DNA of 45,270 bases from the sequence record OQ589852.1; one strand, given 5' to 3'. Under the pieces are notes generated by a model. That model was not told the DNA's origin. It ran no database searches and saw nothing but the letters and a program-made list of their open reading frames with translations. Position numbers and translations under genes: made by a program. The stretch is from Escherichia phage Ioannina. Positions 20,201-28,357 of this stretch are shown in pieces. Every line of letters begins with the position of its first letter. Position 1 is the stretch's first letter.

Positions 20201-20690
20201 AATGACGTCTACGTTTAACCACTCTGGTGGTAACGCAACCTACAGCCTGAAAGCTGGAGTTACGTACAACGGGACGTATTATGATGCCGGTATGCAGCTT
20301 TCGGTAGTTGCCGAAGGGAACTCGGTTAAATCGCGCATCGCGTTCAAGGCGGACCAGTTCTACATCATGCACCCGTCGAACGGTACGCTATCCTCCGCGT
20401 TCATCGTTGACGGCGGGCAGGTGTACATCGACACGGCCCGAATCAAGAACGCGTCCATTAACTTTGCGCAGATCACGGACACGCTGCAATCCAACAACTG
20501 GCAGCCTGGCAGCCAGGGGTGGCGAATCGCGAAGGATGGCGGCGCGGAGTTTAACAACGTGACAATCCGCGGCAACGTGTATGCGCAGACTGGTAACTTC
20601 GGTTTTTCAAGTGGGTCGGTACAAATCGACTGGTCGGGGGTAAACGTGCCGTTGCCTGGCGGAGGGCGGGTTAAAGTGGGGGTGTGGTAA
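17244..20690 (+). CDS. host specificity / tip attachment protein J-like (central tail fiber)
   Basis: 1148 aa, last gene of the M-L-K-I-J series; size and position match lambda gpJ. Confidence 0.85.
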   Translation: MTIVYSVTGHKGGGGKQHTPQETPDSLHSLAKIRILLALGEGEFEGIPSAAELRKRVYLDGTPIMNEDNSENFPGARVEFRPGTQHQDVIHGFSAVESESSVNVKLEQGAPWVRQITDTSLDAVRIRIGIPALYTNEDNGDLVGGRIDYKIVVYTDNADPREFAFAAVGKTMSLYERDHRIELPSNVNTGWRVEVHRITADSTSAKVVNDIRVQSITEIIDARLRYPLTALLFVEFDAKAFQDIPRVSIKCKGRKVLIPTNYDPIAHTYSGDWDGTFKRAWTDNPAWHWYDICITERFGLGRRIKPQMLNRYALYQIAQRCDQMVSDGNGGQEIRFKNDMYIQSQTDAWTVLKDLAAIFAGMTWWGNQMLNIVSDQPVAAVSHTITNASVIDGRFDYASGSQKTRYSTFAVAYGNPANHYDDAIATGQRVELVRRHKINRLDITAIGCTRESEAQRRGHWALISNQLDQQVSFKVGMEGLFFIPGSVVAIADTNISGGFEIRGGRLLEDPGTRTVLNTDEEITFRPGDKFLVRTANGSVETRAISSVNGNKVTLSSALDADPIPFQPFCVDGDDIQVQKFRITDLEYDDATSTFSVRGIEYNDSKYDAVDNGARLDPGIFTQMPDGVLKGPESVTITPSQISSQGQLITNVDIVFPPVKNAVVYEIQWRRTSLQNMALQWGNDWVNLPRTPSNGAHIPNVFSGNYQARVRAIGMGEISSPWVESAITPIEGRLGGLNAPIITAAVSGLHQILWKWNHNNAATDISYTELEVRKPGTEEWHFLTNVPYPGAEYAQTSLEFGIYQQLRARVADKIGNLSDWSAPFEGQVSDKVDDYMKGLDDEFLTSEDGKHFQEQIDTFPQGIYESMLTDAQQLLNARAEYQGIYAEIKVAYNVAADAHQAVAELETLIGTRLDDAEAAIHTLQTAQSTHEQAFAQYQQTVSAKFGDQEAAIQSVQTATSDVASALATYKTQVAAQFGQQSAAIEQKMTSTFNHSGGNATYSLKAGVTYNGTYYDAGMQLSVVAEGNSVKSRIAFKADQFYIMHPSNGTLSSAFIVDGGQVYIDTARIKNASINFAQITDTLQSNNWQPGSQGWRIAKDGGAEFNNVTIRGNVYAQTGNFGFSSGSVQIDWSGVNVPLPGGGRVKVGVW

Positions 20691-20696
20691 AACGCA

Positions 20697-20718
20697 AGGG
20701 GCCGTTTGGCCCCTTTCT
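20697..20718. terminator. bidirectional rho-independent terminator (AAGGGGCC-loop-GGCCCCTTT)
   Basis: Same stem family as 5002-5025 and 25167-25190; between convergent J and the minus-strand gene. Confidence 0.7.
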
Positions 20719-21692
20719 TAATACATATTAGGAAGGACAATCAGCGGTGTTGGTACGACAACATTGCGGTTAGGCATCTGGAATTGCTGCCGTGAATAGT
20801 TGCCAATGACGCGGTTTTTCGCTGCACCAACGACGCTACCCGCCATGCGTATCCCGTTCATGCGTACGTGGTTATAACCGCTATTGTTTTCAATAAGCGC
20901 GCCCGTGTATGAAAGCTGAATAAGGCTGTTACCGATATTCTGCCACCCTGCGCTAAGGTCAACCGTCCCGTTAAACACAAACGGCTTATTGACGGTGGAG
21001 AATGTAACCTGGCCTGCGTTGTTGGTCATCGTGATACCGGTTCCGGGGCTTGGCGGTGTGTTATTGAATATAACCAATTCCATGTCAACGGCAGCACCCA
21101 CATCATCAATCCCGCCGTAAGCCGCATTGCGGACGATAATACTGCCTCCATCGAAGCCAACCGACACGTTAGGGTCATCCCAACGGGCGAACGGAACACC
21201 TCCTACCGGCAGCGGCATACTTCCGTTCACATGGACGCGCTGCGCGTAGCGACAGGTCATCAGCCGAGCGACGTTTGATATGGCGGTAAAGTCCGTCGAG
21301 TTAGCCACCAGAAGCCCAGCATTACGCGACCCCACCGGCAGCACTTCCATAATCGTTCCCGCCCAGGTTGGAAGCCCGCTATAAGCGCCCAGCGCGTCAG
21401 CACCGTGCAGCGTAATTCCGCCATCACCATTTCGAGATATTGACGTTACAAACATCGGATCGGGTATTACCAGTGTTTGGTCGAACACTTCCACCACTTC
21501 AACGGGATTAGTTAGCACGACTATAAGCTGCGATCCAGGCGTTAGCGGAGTATTGACTGTTAGCGTCTTGTCAGATTGGCAGCGCTGATTAAAATTGGTA
21601 CAAAAAGACGGAGCACGAAGCCCCGCCGTAATTTCCATTCTTGGACGTCCATCGTTGTATTCGATAAGGATACCTGCACCCATAATTACCAC
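20718..21692 (-). CDS. hypothetical beta-rich protein (possible receptor-binding or secreted partner of the lipoprotein)
   Basis: 324 aa, Gly/Asn/Thr/Val-rich; second gene of a minus-strand cassette antisense to the tail genes; no motif recognised. Confidence 0.5.
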   Translation of the reverse strand: MVIMGAGILIEYNDGRPRMEITAGLRAPSFCTNFNQRCQSDKTLTVNTPLTPGSQLIVVLTNPVEVVEVFDQTLVIPDPMFVTSISRNGDGGITLHGADALGAYSGLPTWAGTIMEVLPVGSRNAGLLVANSTDFTAISNVARLMTCRYAQRVHVNGSMPLPVGGVPFARWDDPNVSVGFDGGSIIVRNAAYGGIDDVGAAVDMELVIFNNTPPSPGTGITMTNNAGQVTFSTVNKPFVFNGTVDLSAGWQNIGNSLIQLSYTGALIENNSGYNHVRMNGIRMAGSVVGAAKNRVIGNYSRQQFQMPNRNVVVPTPLIVLPNMY

Positions 21693-21910
21693 TCCCGTGA
21701 TTTAACTGATACCGTACCAGAGAAGTTACCGTCTGAATCTGCCGCCAAACCGGTGAATCGCATGTCAATGCCTCCGGCAGCGACCTTTTGCCCGTCAACA
21801 TAACGCAACATGCAGCTTCCCGCAACGTAGGTAACGCAATCGCCATTATGACGCTCAACAGCACAACCACACACCATAGCAACGACTAAAATACTTAATA
21901 AAGTTTTCAT
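21686..21910 (-). CDS. small lipoprotein, candidate Cor/Llp-like superinfection-exclusion protein
   Basis: About 74 aa from MKTLLSILVVAMVCGC (signal peptide with Cys); AAGGAG RBS; early-type promoter upstream; sits beside host-range genes as cor does in lambdoid phages and llp in T5. Confidence 0.45.
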   Translation of the reverse strand: MKTLLSILVVAMVCGCAVERHNGDCVTYVAGSCMLRYVDGQKVAAGGIDMRFTGLAADSDGNFSGTVSVKSREW

Positions 21911-21935
21911 GGTATCATCTCCTTTGTTTTGACAA

Positions 21936-21975
21936 CTTAAATATAGTGCAACCAATACGTGATTGCAACCAATTT
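21936..21975 (-). promoter_or_regulatory. early-type promoter (TTGCAA-N17-TATATT) with tandem ATTGGTTGCA repeats
   Basis: Read on the minus strand: ATTGGTTGCAATCACGTATTGGTTGCACTATATT; drives the lipoprotein cassette. Confidence 0.55.
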
Positions 21976-21991
21976 ATGAGGAGTTTTCGCT

Positions 21992-24016
21992 ATGGCAGCG
22001 GGTACACTTAACGTAACAAACAACAGCAAGGCCGTAACGGGGTCGGGCACGACGTTTACGTCATTGAAAGCGGGCGACTTTTTATCGCTGGTGGTGGGGC
22101 AAGTCCCGTACACCGTCGCGATTGAGTCAATCCAGAGCAACACGGCGCTTACGCTGGCGCTGCCGTTTGACGGCCCAACGTCTACCGGTCTGGCGTGGGA
22201 CTCCGTATCCCGCGATACGATGTCGCTGGCGACTATGGGTGTGACCGTACAGGCGCAGAAAGCGCTACGCATGTTGATTGCTGACGAAAGCAACTGGCGA
22301 GCAATCTTCGGCGACGCAGAGCAAATCAGCGTGACACTGCCAAACGGCACGGTTATGCAGGGTATGTCGTGGGGCTATTTGTCCAGCCTTCTAAAAGACG
22401 TCGATCCGGTTGAGCTTCAGAATATTGCCAACCAGGCGGTTAACGCTAAAAACCAGGCTGTAACGGCGAAGAACGACGCCGTGTCTGCTAAGAACGATGC
22501 GCAGACTGCGAAGACTGCCGCAGAAACAGCGCGCACACAGGCCCAGTCGGCTAAGACCGCCGCAGAGTCAGCACGTGACGACGCGCAGACGGCTAAGACT
22601 GCCGCAGAAACAGCACGCACCCAGGCACAGACCGCGAAGACCGCCGCAGAAACCGCCCAGGGTGCGGCGGAAGACGCCCGCGATGAGGCGAAGCAATATG
22701 CAGAGCAAGCCGGAGCACCATATAAGCAGGTATTACAACCGCTACCAGACGTGTGGGTTCCGTTTAACGATTCGCTGGATATGCTCGCAGGCTTCGCGCC
22801 AGGATACAAGACGGTTACGGTAGCCGACGACGAGGTTATTATGCCTAGCGACAAGGTGGTGTCGTTCAAGCGCGCATCAACGGCAACATATATTAACAAG
22901 TCCGGCGAGTTTAAAATCGCAGATATTGACGAGCCGCGGTTCGAGAAATACGGCCTGCTTATCGAAGGCCAGCGCACTAACCACATCACCAACGGGGGCG
23001 CTCCGGCTGCCTGGGGCCGCAGCACATCGGTTGGAGTGGTTACGGGTACAGATGATTTCGGTTTCTTGTATGGAAAGTTTGGTATCGGCCAGGGCGACGT
23101 GGGCAGTACGACTGCGCGTAACCTGGCTTCCGTAACATCAGTAAACAGTCTGGATACTTCCGGCGACGATAAGTATGTAACGGCGTCATGCCGCTTTCGG
23201 TCCGACAAGGATGTACGTCTTCGTGTGCGTTTTGCAGAAGGCGCGGATCAAGGCAGCATAGCTTTCTCTGGCGACGCGTACATTAAATTAAGCGATTTGT
23301 CCGTGTCTAAGACGGGTGTCGCGGCAGACCGCATTACCGTAGAAGTAGAGAAAGACGAAGCCACCGGATGGAATCGTGCGGTGGTAATGCTGCAAGCTAC
23401 CACGGCGCTGGTGAACGCGCAGATCCAGATCTCGCCAGTGAGCAGTTATGCTGCCGGTGATTATATCGAACTGGCAACTCCGCAGGTTGAGTTAGGGATC
23501 GGGGCGTCTTCATATATAATCTCCGGAACATCTCCAACCACACGCGCCAGCGATATGGTGACGGTACCGGCTAACCGCAACCTGTATAACCTGCCGTTTA
23601 CGGTGCTTGTAGAAGCGCACAAGAACTGGTCTAAGGCGCCGAACGCAGCGCCGCGTGTATTCGACACCGGCGGTAATCAATCGGGTGCGGCTATTATCCT
23701 TGGATTCGGGTCTGGCGCTATTGACGGGTATCCGTACTGCAACATCGGCAGTGCTAACGGACGTGTGAGTGAAAACGCAGGGCTTAAGCATATGGTTATG
23801 GGTATGCGTGTGAAAGAAAACCAGAACACTTGCGCGGTGAGTAACGGCACTCTTTCGACCGAATCTAAAACCACATGGACCTACCTGCAAGGGTCTGCAA
23901 CGCTGCGAATCGGCGGGCAGACCACGAACGGAGACAGACACCTGTTCGGGCACGTCCGTAACTTCCGTATCTGGCATAAAGCACTGACCGACTTACAAAT
24001 GGGAGAATTAGTATGA
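21992..24016 (+). CDS. tail fiber protein
   Basis: 674 aa; fiber-type N-terminal module, Ala/Lys/Thr/Gln coiled-coil repeats (AKTAAETARTQAQ x4-5), beta-rich C-terminal domain. Confidence 0.75.
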   Translation: MAAGTLNVTNNSKAVTGSGTTFTSLKAGDFLSLVVGQVPYTVAIESIQSNTALTLALPFDGPTSTGLAWDSVSRDTMSLATMGVTVQAQKALRMLIADESNWRAIFGDAEQISVTLPNGTVMQGMSWGYLSSLLKDVDPVELQNIANQAVNAKNQAVTAKNDAVSAKNDAQTAKTAAETARTQAQSAKTAAESARDDAQTAKTAAETARTQAQTAKTAAETAQGAAEDARDEAKQYAEQAGAPYKQVLQPLPDVWVPFNDSLDMLAGFAPGYKTVTVADDEVIMPSDKVVSFKRASTATYINKSGEFKIADIDEPRFEKYGLLIEGQRTNHITNGGAPAAWGRSTSVGVVTGTDDFGFLYGKFGIGQGDVGSTTARNLASVTSVNSLDTSGDDKYVTASCRFRSDKDVRLRVRFAEGADQGSIAFSGDAYIKLSDLSVSKTGVAADRITVEVEKDEATGWNRAVVMLQATTALVNAQIQISPVSSYAAGDYIELATPQVELGIGASSYIISGTSPTTRASDMVTVPANRNLYNLPFTVLVEAHKNWSKAPNAAPRVFDTGGNQSGAAIILGFGSGAIDGYPYCNIGSANGRVSENAGLKHMVMGMRVKENQNTCAVSNGTLSTESKTTWTYLQGSATLRIGGQTTNGDRHLFGHVRNFRIWHKALTDLQMGELV

Positions 24017-24270
24017 AAGACTTAACGCTGAAGTTTGAAAACAAGGCCGCTTTTGCGGCCTTCAAAGCGCAGTTAAACTGGGACGAGAACGAAACGTTGC
24101 AAGATGATATTCTGCTTGATGTCATCGGCAACATGTATGATGGTGATGAGGATAATCTCGTTGCCGTTGAGGGCTACTTCGTTAACGTGCGCATTCTTGA
24201 CGACGACCACGGCATTAACTTTGAGCAGTATGCCGTTGTGTTAGACTCACCACTTCGTCAATGGGCTTAA
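24013..24270 (+). CDS. hypothetical acidic protein (possible fiber assembly factor)
   Basis: 85 aa, start overlaps the fiber stop (ATGA); no motif. Confidence 0.35.
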   Translation: MKDLTLKFENKAAFAAFKAQLNWDENETLQDDILLDVIGNMYDGDEDNLVAVEGYFVNVRILDDDHGINFEQYAVVLDSPLRQWA

Positions 24271-24340
24271 GAGGGTAAATCATGGTTACTAAAACAAACA
24301 TCCCAGCGGATATACGGCGCTGAAAAATTCTACTTCATCA

Positions 24341-25084
24341 TTGTCGTCTGACAAGATGGATAAGTCAGCCAATTTGTCGGACCTGGCAGACAAAACTGAG
24401 GCGCGAAGTCATCTTGGTTTAGGGTCAGCAGCCACGTTGGACGTAGGGGATAGCAGCGGAAACGCGATGAAGGTTGGTGATTTTGGATTGGGGCGACCTA
24501 ACGGCGCTAAGGTTTTCTATACTACCTCGCAAGACACGCTACTTGCTGGACTGGACCAATACGGTTTATGTGTGTTCAGGAACGACCTGCAGATCGCTGC
24601 GCCGTGGGATATATGGAACTATTCATCAAACCTGTTCTTCCGCGCCGGAGATACTTACAGTATGCTAAGCATACCGTTTGAGGCGGCTGGTAAGGTGAAG
24701 GTTTTCGGCGGTGCCGCGGGTTACGGGTGGAAGACAGGGCGAACACTGCTCGATAACACAACGACGACTATTGACACTAACGGATTTGTCAAGCAAGCAT
24801 CGCCGATTGTTAAAGTATTTGGTGATGGTAAATTTGAGGTTAATGAAGAGTCGAAAGGGGCTAGTGTAGATCGCATATCCGTCGGCGTTTATCGTATCTC
24901 TGGTGTTCTCGGTCTTAACTCAGATGCGGCCTGGGGTGGCGTAGGCGGTGGCTTCGAGATTCCGGTAGACATCAACAAGCAGCCGCGGGTGTGGGTTGAC
25001 TTCGAGGTTGAGCCTGAAGGGTCTATCATTCTTAAAACGTACCACCGGACACACGACACGGCTCCGTCTTTTGCAAAAACATAA
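24341..25084 (+). CDS. tail fiber-like protein (second fiber or receptor-binding module)
   Basis: N-terminal NLSDLADKTEARSHLGLGSAA motif is common in phage fiber proteins; Gly-rich beta C-terminus; start uncertain (TTG at 24341 or ATG near 24356). Confidence 0.5.
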   Translation: MSSDKMDKSANLSDLADKTEARSHLGLGSAATLDVGDSSGNAMKVGDFGLGRPNGAKVFYTTSQDTLLAGLDQYGLCVFRNDLQIAAPWDIWNYSSNLFFRAGDTYSMLSIPFEAAGKVKVFGGAAGYGWKTGRTLLDNTTTTIDTNGFVKQASPIVKVFGDGKFEVNEESKGASVDRISVGVYRISGVLGLNSDAAWGGVGGGFEIPVDINKQPRVWVDFEVEPEGSIILKTYHRTHDTAPSFAKT

Positions 25085-25166
25085 TTGACGGCGTTAATGA
25101 CGGCGATCCGGTAGATATTCCATCAGACGCTTTTATCTCAGTTCGCGTTAACATGCCGTAAGTGGA

Positions 25167-25190
25167 AAGGGGCCAAACGGCCCCTTTTTC
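25167..25190. terminator. bidirectional rho-independent terminator (AAGGGGCC-loop-GGCCCCTTT)
   Basis: Separates the plus-strand late module from the minus-strand early module. Confidence 0.7.
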
Positions 25191-25764
25191 ATTGTGCGGA
25201 TTCCCAGTCTATCTTTCGGCGTATTGTAGGACTTTCGAAATACTCTTTGCCGTCTACTTCAACCAAAGGCCAGTCGTTCACAATGGCGTATGGATCTGCG
25301 ACCTCTTCGATTATGCCGGTGGCTTTATGCTGACCAAACTCTACCAGCACCAGAATCACCCCGGCAACGTGACGCTCCATATACTCGTATGCGCAACGTG
25401 CTTCAACCAGACCGCGACGGATGCCGGTAGTGGCCTTCACTTCGTACGACCAGACGGCATCAATAACCTGGTCTTTGTAATCCGGCCCTACTTTCACTTT
25501 GCGCTTACCCAGCATTACCACATCGCCACGGTTCATGGTGTTGCCGCTAAATAATCCGGTGCGCTGGAGTAAGCCTTGCGGGATGCAACTGCGACCGCCG
25601 GTTTGCCCTTCCAGATACATCCCTGCGAACATCTCGCCCAGTACACCAACGAGACGGCTTTGCTTGCACGCGTCGGAACGGTTACGCCAGTAGTCAAACT
25701 CAATGCTTGCAATCAACGATGCCAGATGAAATGCTTTGCCAGATAATTCATATTCACCGTACAT
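25189..25764 (-). CDS. putative PD-(D/E)xK-type nuclease
   Basis: 191 aa; GPDYKDQVIDAVWSYEVK fits a PD…(D/E)xK signature; last gene of the leftward early operon. Weak call. Confidence 0.3.
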   Translation of the reverse strand: MYGEYELSGKAFHLASLIASIEFDYWRNRSDACKQSRLVGVLGEMFAGMYLEGQTGGRSCIPQGLLQRTGLFSGNTMNRGDVVMLGKRKVKVGPDYKDQVIDAVWSYEVKATTGIRRGLVEARCAYEYMERHVAGVILVLVEFGQHKATGIIEEVADPYAIVNDWPLVEVDGKEYFESPTIRRKIDWESAQ

Positions 25765-25808
25765 GATTAAACTCCTTCAGGTTGCGGGCCGAAGCCCGCG
25801 ATTAATGA

Positions 25809-26279
25809 TTATTTAAGTGCGCGAGTTACCAGTGTTTTTTCCATATTGCGGAAGTCTTCCTCGGTCATCTGGATTTTCGACCCGTCTTCACCGTACAGCG
25901 TCACCAGCGGTTGAGCTTTCGCTAAAACTCCCTTCGGCAGCGACCACGCATCAACCTGTTTCTTCAGGCTTTCCAACTGCGCTGCCGTTACGTCGATCTG
26001 GATCTCGTCATGCACAGTTGTGTAAGACTCACCCAGTAGCGCGGAATATGCCACTAAATCCACAATGTTATCTTCCTGGTGTTTACGGGTCTGGCGTACC
26101 AGCTTCAGGCAAATCATAAATACCCAGGCTTCTTGCTCGGTAAGGTCACGACCGGTTAGTGCGTTGAATACGGCAGCGATCTGTTTAGCGCTGCGTTCTT
26201 CTTTGCTGTCATATCCATTTTCTTTCCCGCGCTGTTCCATAGTGGTGGCGGCGTTTTTGCAGTATTCGAATGCTTTCAT
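25809..26279 (-). CDS. putative MazG-like nucleotide pyrophosphohydrolase
   Basis: 156 aa, all-alpha character; segment LKLVRQTRKHQEDNIVDLVAYSALLGE resembles the MazG/HisE family. Weak call. Confidence 0.3.
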   Translation of the reverse strand: MKAFEYCKNAATTMEQRGKENGYDSKEERSAKQIAAVFNALTGRDLTEQEAWVFMICLKLVRQTRKHQEDNIVDLVAYSALLGESYTTVHDEIQIDVTAAQLESLKKQVDAWSLPKGVLAKAQPLVTLYGEDGSKIQMTEEDFRNMEKTLVTRALK

Positions 26280-26321
26280 GGTTTATCTCCTTGAGGGGCG
26301 GCGGTATTGCCTCCCGATGTG

Positions 26322-26356
26322 GTTAATATAGTGCAACCAACCTATTGGTTGCAAGT
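26322..26356 (-). promoter_or_regulatory. early-type promoter containing perfect palindrome TGCAACCAA-N4-TTGGTTGCA
   Basis: Minus strand reads TTGCAA-N18-TATATT; the palindrome looks like a dimer operator. Confidence 0.55.
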
Positions 26357-27034
26357 AAATTTTGCAACGTTTATTGCGTAAATTTTCGGGACTAAATCGC
26401 TGCACGCCCGACGAATTGCCGCGATGTTCTTCGGGCAGTCCTCGATGATGACCAGTTCCGACACATCCGCATAGCAAACCATTTGGAACACGGCGCACGC
26501 CTTAAACTCTGGCGGCGGGGTGTCGTCCAGCATGTGGCGCATAAACAACCGGCCTACCGGGAAGACCTCCAATTGCTTGGCGGTGGTATCCCAACATTCT
26601 CGCTGCCGGTTGGTCAGATACGCTATCTCGAAGCCTTGCTCTTTGTACATGCGCAGCAGCGGCAGCATATCCATGTTAAGGTCTTCGCGTACGTGTGCTT
26701 TGTGCCACTTCGCCCAAAAGGTTGATTTGGTTTTTATGCCGGGCACCAGGTCAGCACGCGCATCACTTGAACCATTAATAACGCCATCCAGATCACAAAT
26801 CAGTAGTTTCATTTTTAAGCTCTCAATAAGGGTGTAGCGGGCGCTTCGCGCAGTAACGGAGTTGCATACAAAATGGCAACGCTTGGTTATGACAAGCCAG
26901 CCGGTGAGGTCCAGGCCCAGGATGTATTCCGGGCGGCTGGCGCGCATCACTCGGTCGCGGCGCGGGTCGATGTTATAGTCTCTTTGCATTTGGTCTACTA
27001 CCGCGGGGTCGCGGTCAACGATTAAGATATTCAT
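26342..27034 (-). CDS. HAD-superfamily phosphatase-like protein with N-terminal extension
   Basis: Internal MKLLICDLDGVINGS matches HAD motif I (DxDG); N-terminal 75 aa unassigned and may be a separate small ORF. Confidence 0.45.
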   Translation of the reverse strand: MNILIVDRDPAVVDQMQRDYNIDPRRDRVMRASRPEYILGLDLTGWLVITKRCHFVCNSVTARSARYTLIESLKMKLLICDLDGVINGSSDARADLVPGIKTKSTFWAKWHKAHVREDLNMDMLPLLRMYKEQGFEIAYLTNRQRECWDTTAKQLEVFPVGRLFMRHMLDDTPPPEFKACAVFQMVCYADVSELVIIEDCPKNIAAIRRACSDLVPKIYAINVAKFTCNQ

Positions 27035-27500
27035 GTAACTCACTCTCGCTCATTATTTCAATTTGTGCGCTGCCGATTGGCGGCGCTTCGTCAAAGATTA
27101 TCAATTGCTGGCACTTGTTATTGCTCGGCCCGACTTCACCGGTGACAGCGTGTATAAATCTCACCCGCCAGTCCAGAAGAATTATCAGGTTTGCAGTCTT
27201 CCGGGCCAGCCTCGCCCACTTCGTCGACGTGTCCTGATTCAGTAGCATGACCGTCCGGCGTCCGTGCGCTGCGCATTCGACCCACGGCAGCGGATCGGAA
27301 TACGGCGGATTGCACCACTTCCACCCTTTCAACTCTGCCCAGTCCACATCAAGCGCGCTATGTTCTGCCGTGAAGTAACGCGGTAGCAGGTGGTTGGCAT
27401 CGCTTGCCGCCATATCGTAACGGAATCGGTATTTCCGACGAAGCGGTTTGAATAAAGCTGGCGGCGTGCGCCAGCTATCTTTTTGCTCACTCTTCTGCAT
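27015..27500 (-). CDS. dam: DNA N6-adenine methyltransferase (phage Dam family)
   Basis: 161 aa; WRTPPALF N-terminus and catalytic WCNPPY motif. Confidence 0.85.
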   Translation of the reverse strand: MQKSEQKDSWRTPPALFKPLRRKYRFRYDMAASDANHLLPRYFTAEHSALDVDWAELKGWKWCNPPYSDPLPWVECAAHGRRTVMLLNQDTSTKWARLARKTANLIILLDWRVRFIHAVTGEVGPSNNKCQQLIIFDEAPPIGSAQIEIMSESELHEYLNR

Positions 27501-27954
27501 GACCTGGATCTATCGCGTATAAAGGGACTTTATTGCCGGTTTTCATAACGCGCTGGACGCGCTTTGACTCCTCGGCGCTCATTGGGCGCATATCAGTGCT
27601 ATAACCACCGTTTGATGTGTGCCGCCACGCTATCAGCACCAGATCTTTCCGGTCGATCTTAGACTGGCGGCCCTTCGGTCGCACGTACGCCTCGGCCCGT
27701 TTGCAATGCTCGCGCAGACCTTCGGCAGTGATGCGGTTTAGTGCAACGCTGGTTGTGTATCCGGTGCGCTGCATAATCCCCATCAATTCGAAAAGCAGTT
27801 CGAAGCGCTCCTCTAACTCCTTGCGCACCTTCTCCTCACCTTCATAGCTCGCAAGGTAGGTGTCTGCCAGCGCGTTCGCACGTTCGGCCTGTTCGCGGGC
27901 TTCGAGGCATTGCGCGGCCCAGTATGCTTTTTCTTCTTGTAAAATTTTCATCGT
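27487..27954 (-). CDS. hypothetical protein
   Basis: About 155 aa from MKILQEEKAYW with GGAGA RBS; coiled-coil-like; early-type promoter directly upstream. Confidence 0.4.
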   Translation of the reverse strand, partial: TMKILQEEKAYWAAQCLEAREQAERANALADTYLASYEGEEKVRKELEERFELLFELMGIMQRTGYTTSVALNRITAEGLREHCKRAEAYVRPKGRQSKIDRKDLVLIAWRHTSNGGYSTDMRPMSAEESKRVQRVMKTGNKVPLYAIDPGHAEE

Positions 27955-27997
27955 GTTGTCTCCAGGTATTAAAAAGGGCGTTCCCTTCAGAACACCC

Positions 27998-28032
27998 CCA
28001 ATATAATGCAACCAATCTCGCAATGCAACCAA
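27998..28032 (-). promoter_or_regulatory. early-type promoter (TTGCAT-N17-TATATT) with tandem ATTGGTTGCA repeats
   Basis: Minus strand: ATTGGTTGCATTGCGAGATTGGTTGCATTATATT. Confidence 0.55.
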
Positions 28033-28033
28033 T

Positions 28034-28357
28034 TTATTCGAAGAAATTTGGGTCGCTCATCACATCCACAAGATAAAGGTTGTTAAGGCGGTTGCCGTAA
28101 TGGCCTGGCGTGCGCTGACGGCACACAACAGCGTAACCAGGGGGGACGGTATTTCCGGTCGCCAGAATCCACGCCACGCGCGCGCCGTTTAGTGATTTAC
28201 CGTTGTATTCTATGCGGGTGCCGCCATCTGCAGTGTTAAGGCTGCCAATCTTCTGACCGGTAGAATTGAGACGGATAACACCAGTCTGGCTATCGTAATT
28301 AAACAGTTGTTTGGTCAGTGCTACCGAAAAATCAATTGGATCAAAGATAGTGTTCAT
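28034..28357 (-). CDS. HNH-like endonuclease (small, possibly degenerate)
   Basis: 107 aa; GHYGNRLNNLYL resembles the HNH H-x-GN-x-LNN-x-NL signature. Confidence 0.35.
   Translation of the reverse strand: MNTIFDPIDFSVALTKQLFNYDSQTGVIRLNSTGQKIGSLNTADGGTRIEYNGKSLNGARVAWILATGNTVPPGYAVVCRQRTPGHYGNRLNNLYLVDVMSDPNFFE

Noticed and set aside
20718-21692. Tail spike with enzymatic (pectate-lyase-like) domain
   Set aside because: The Gly/Asn-rich composition is suggestive only; no catalytic motif recognised, and the gene is antisense to the tail operon.
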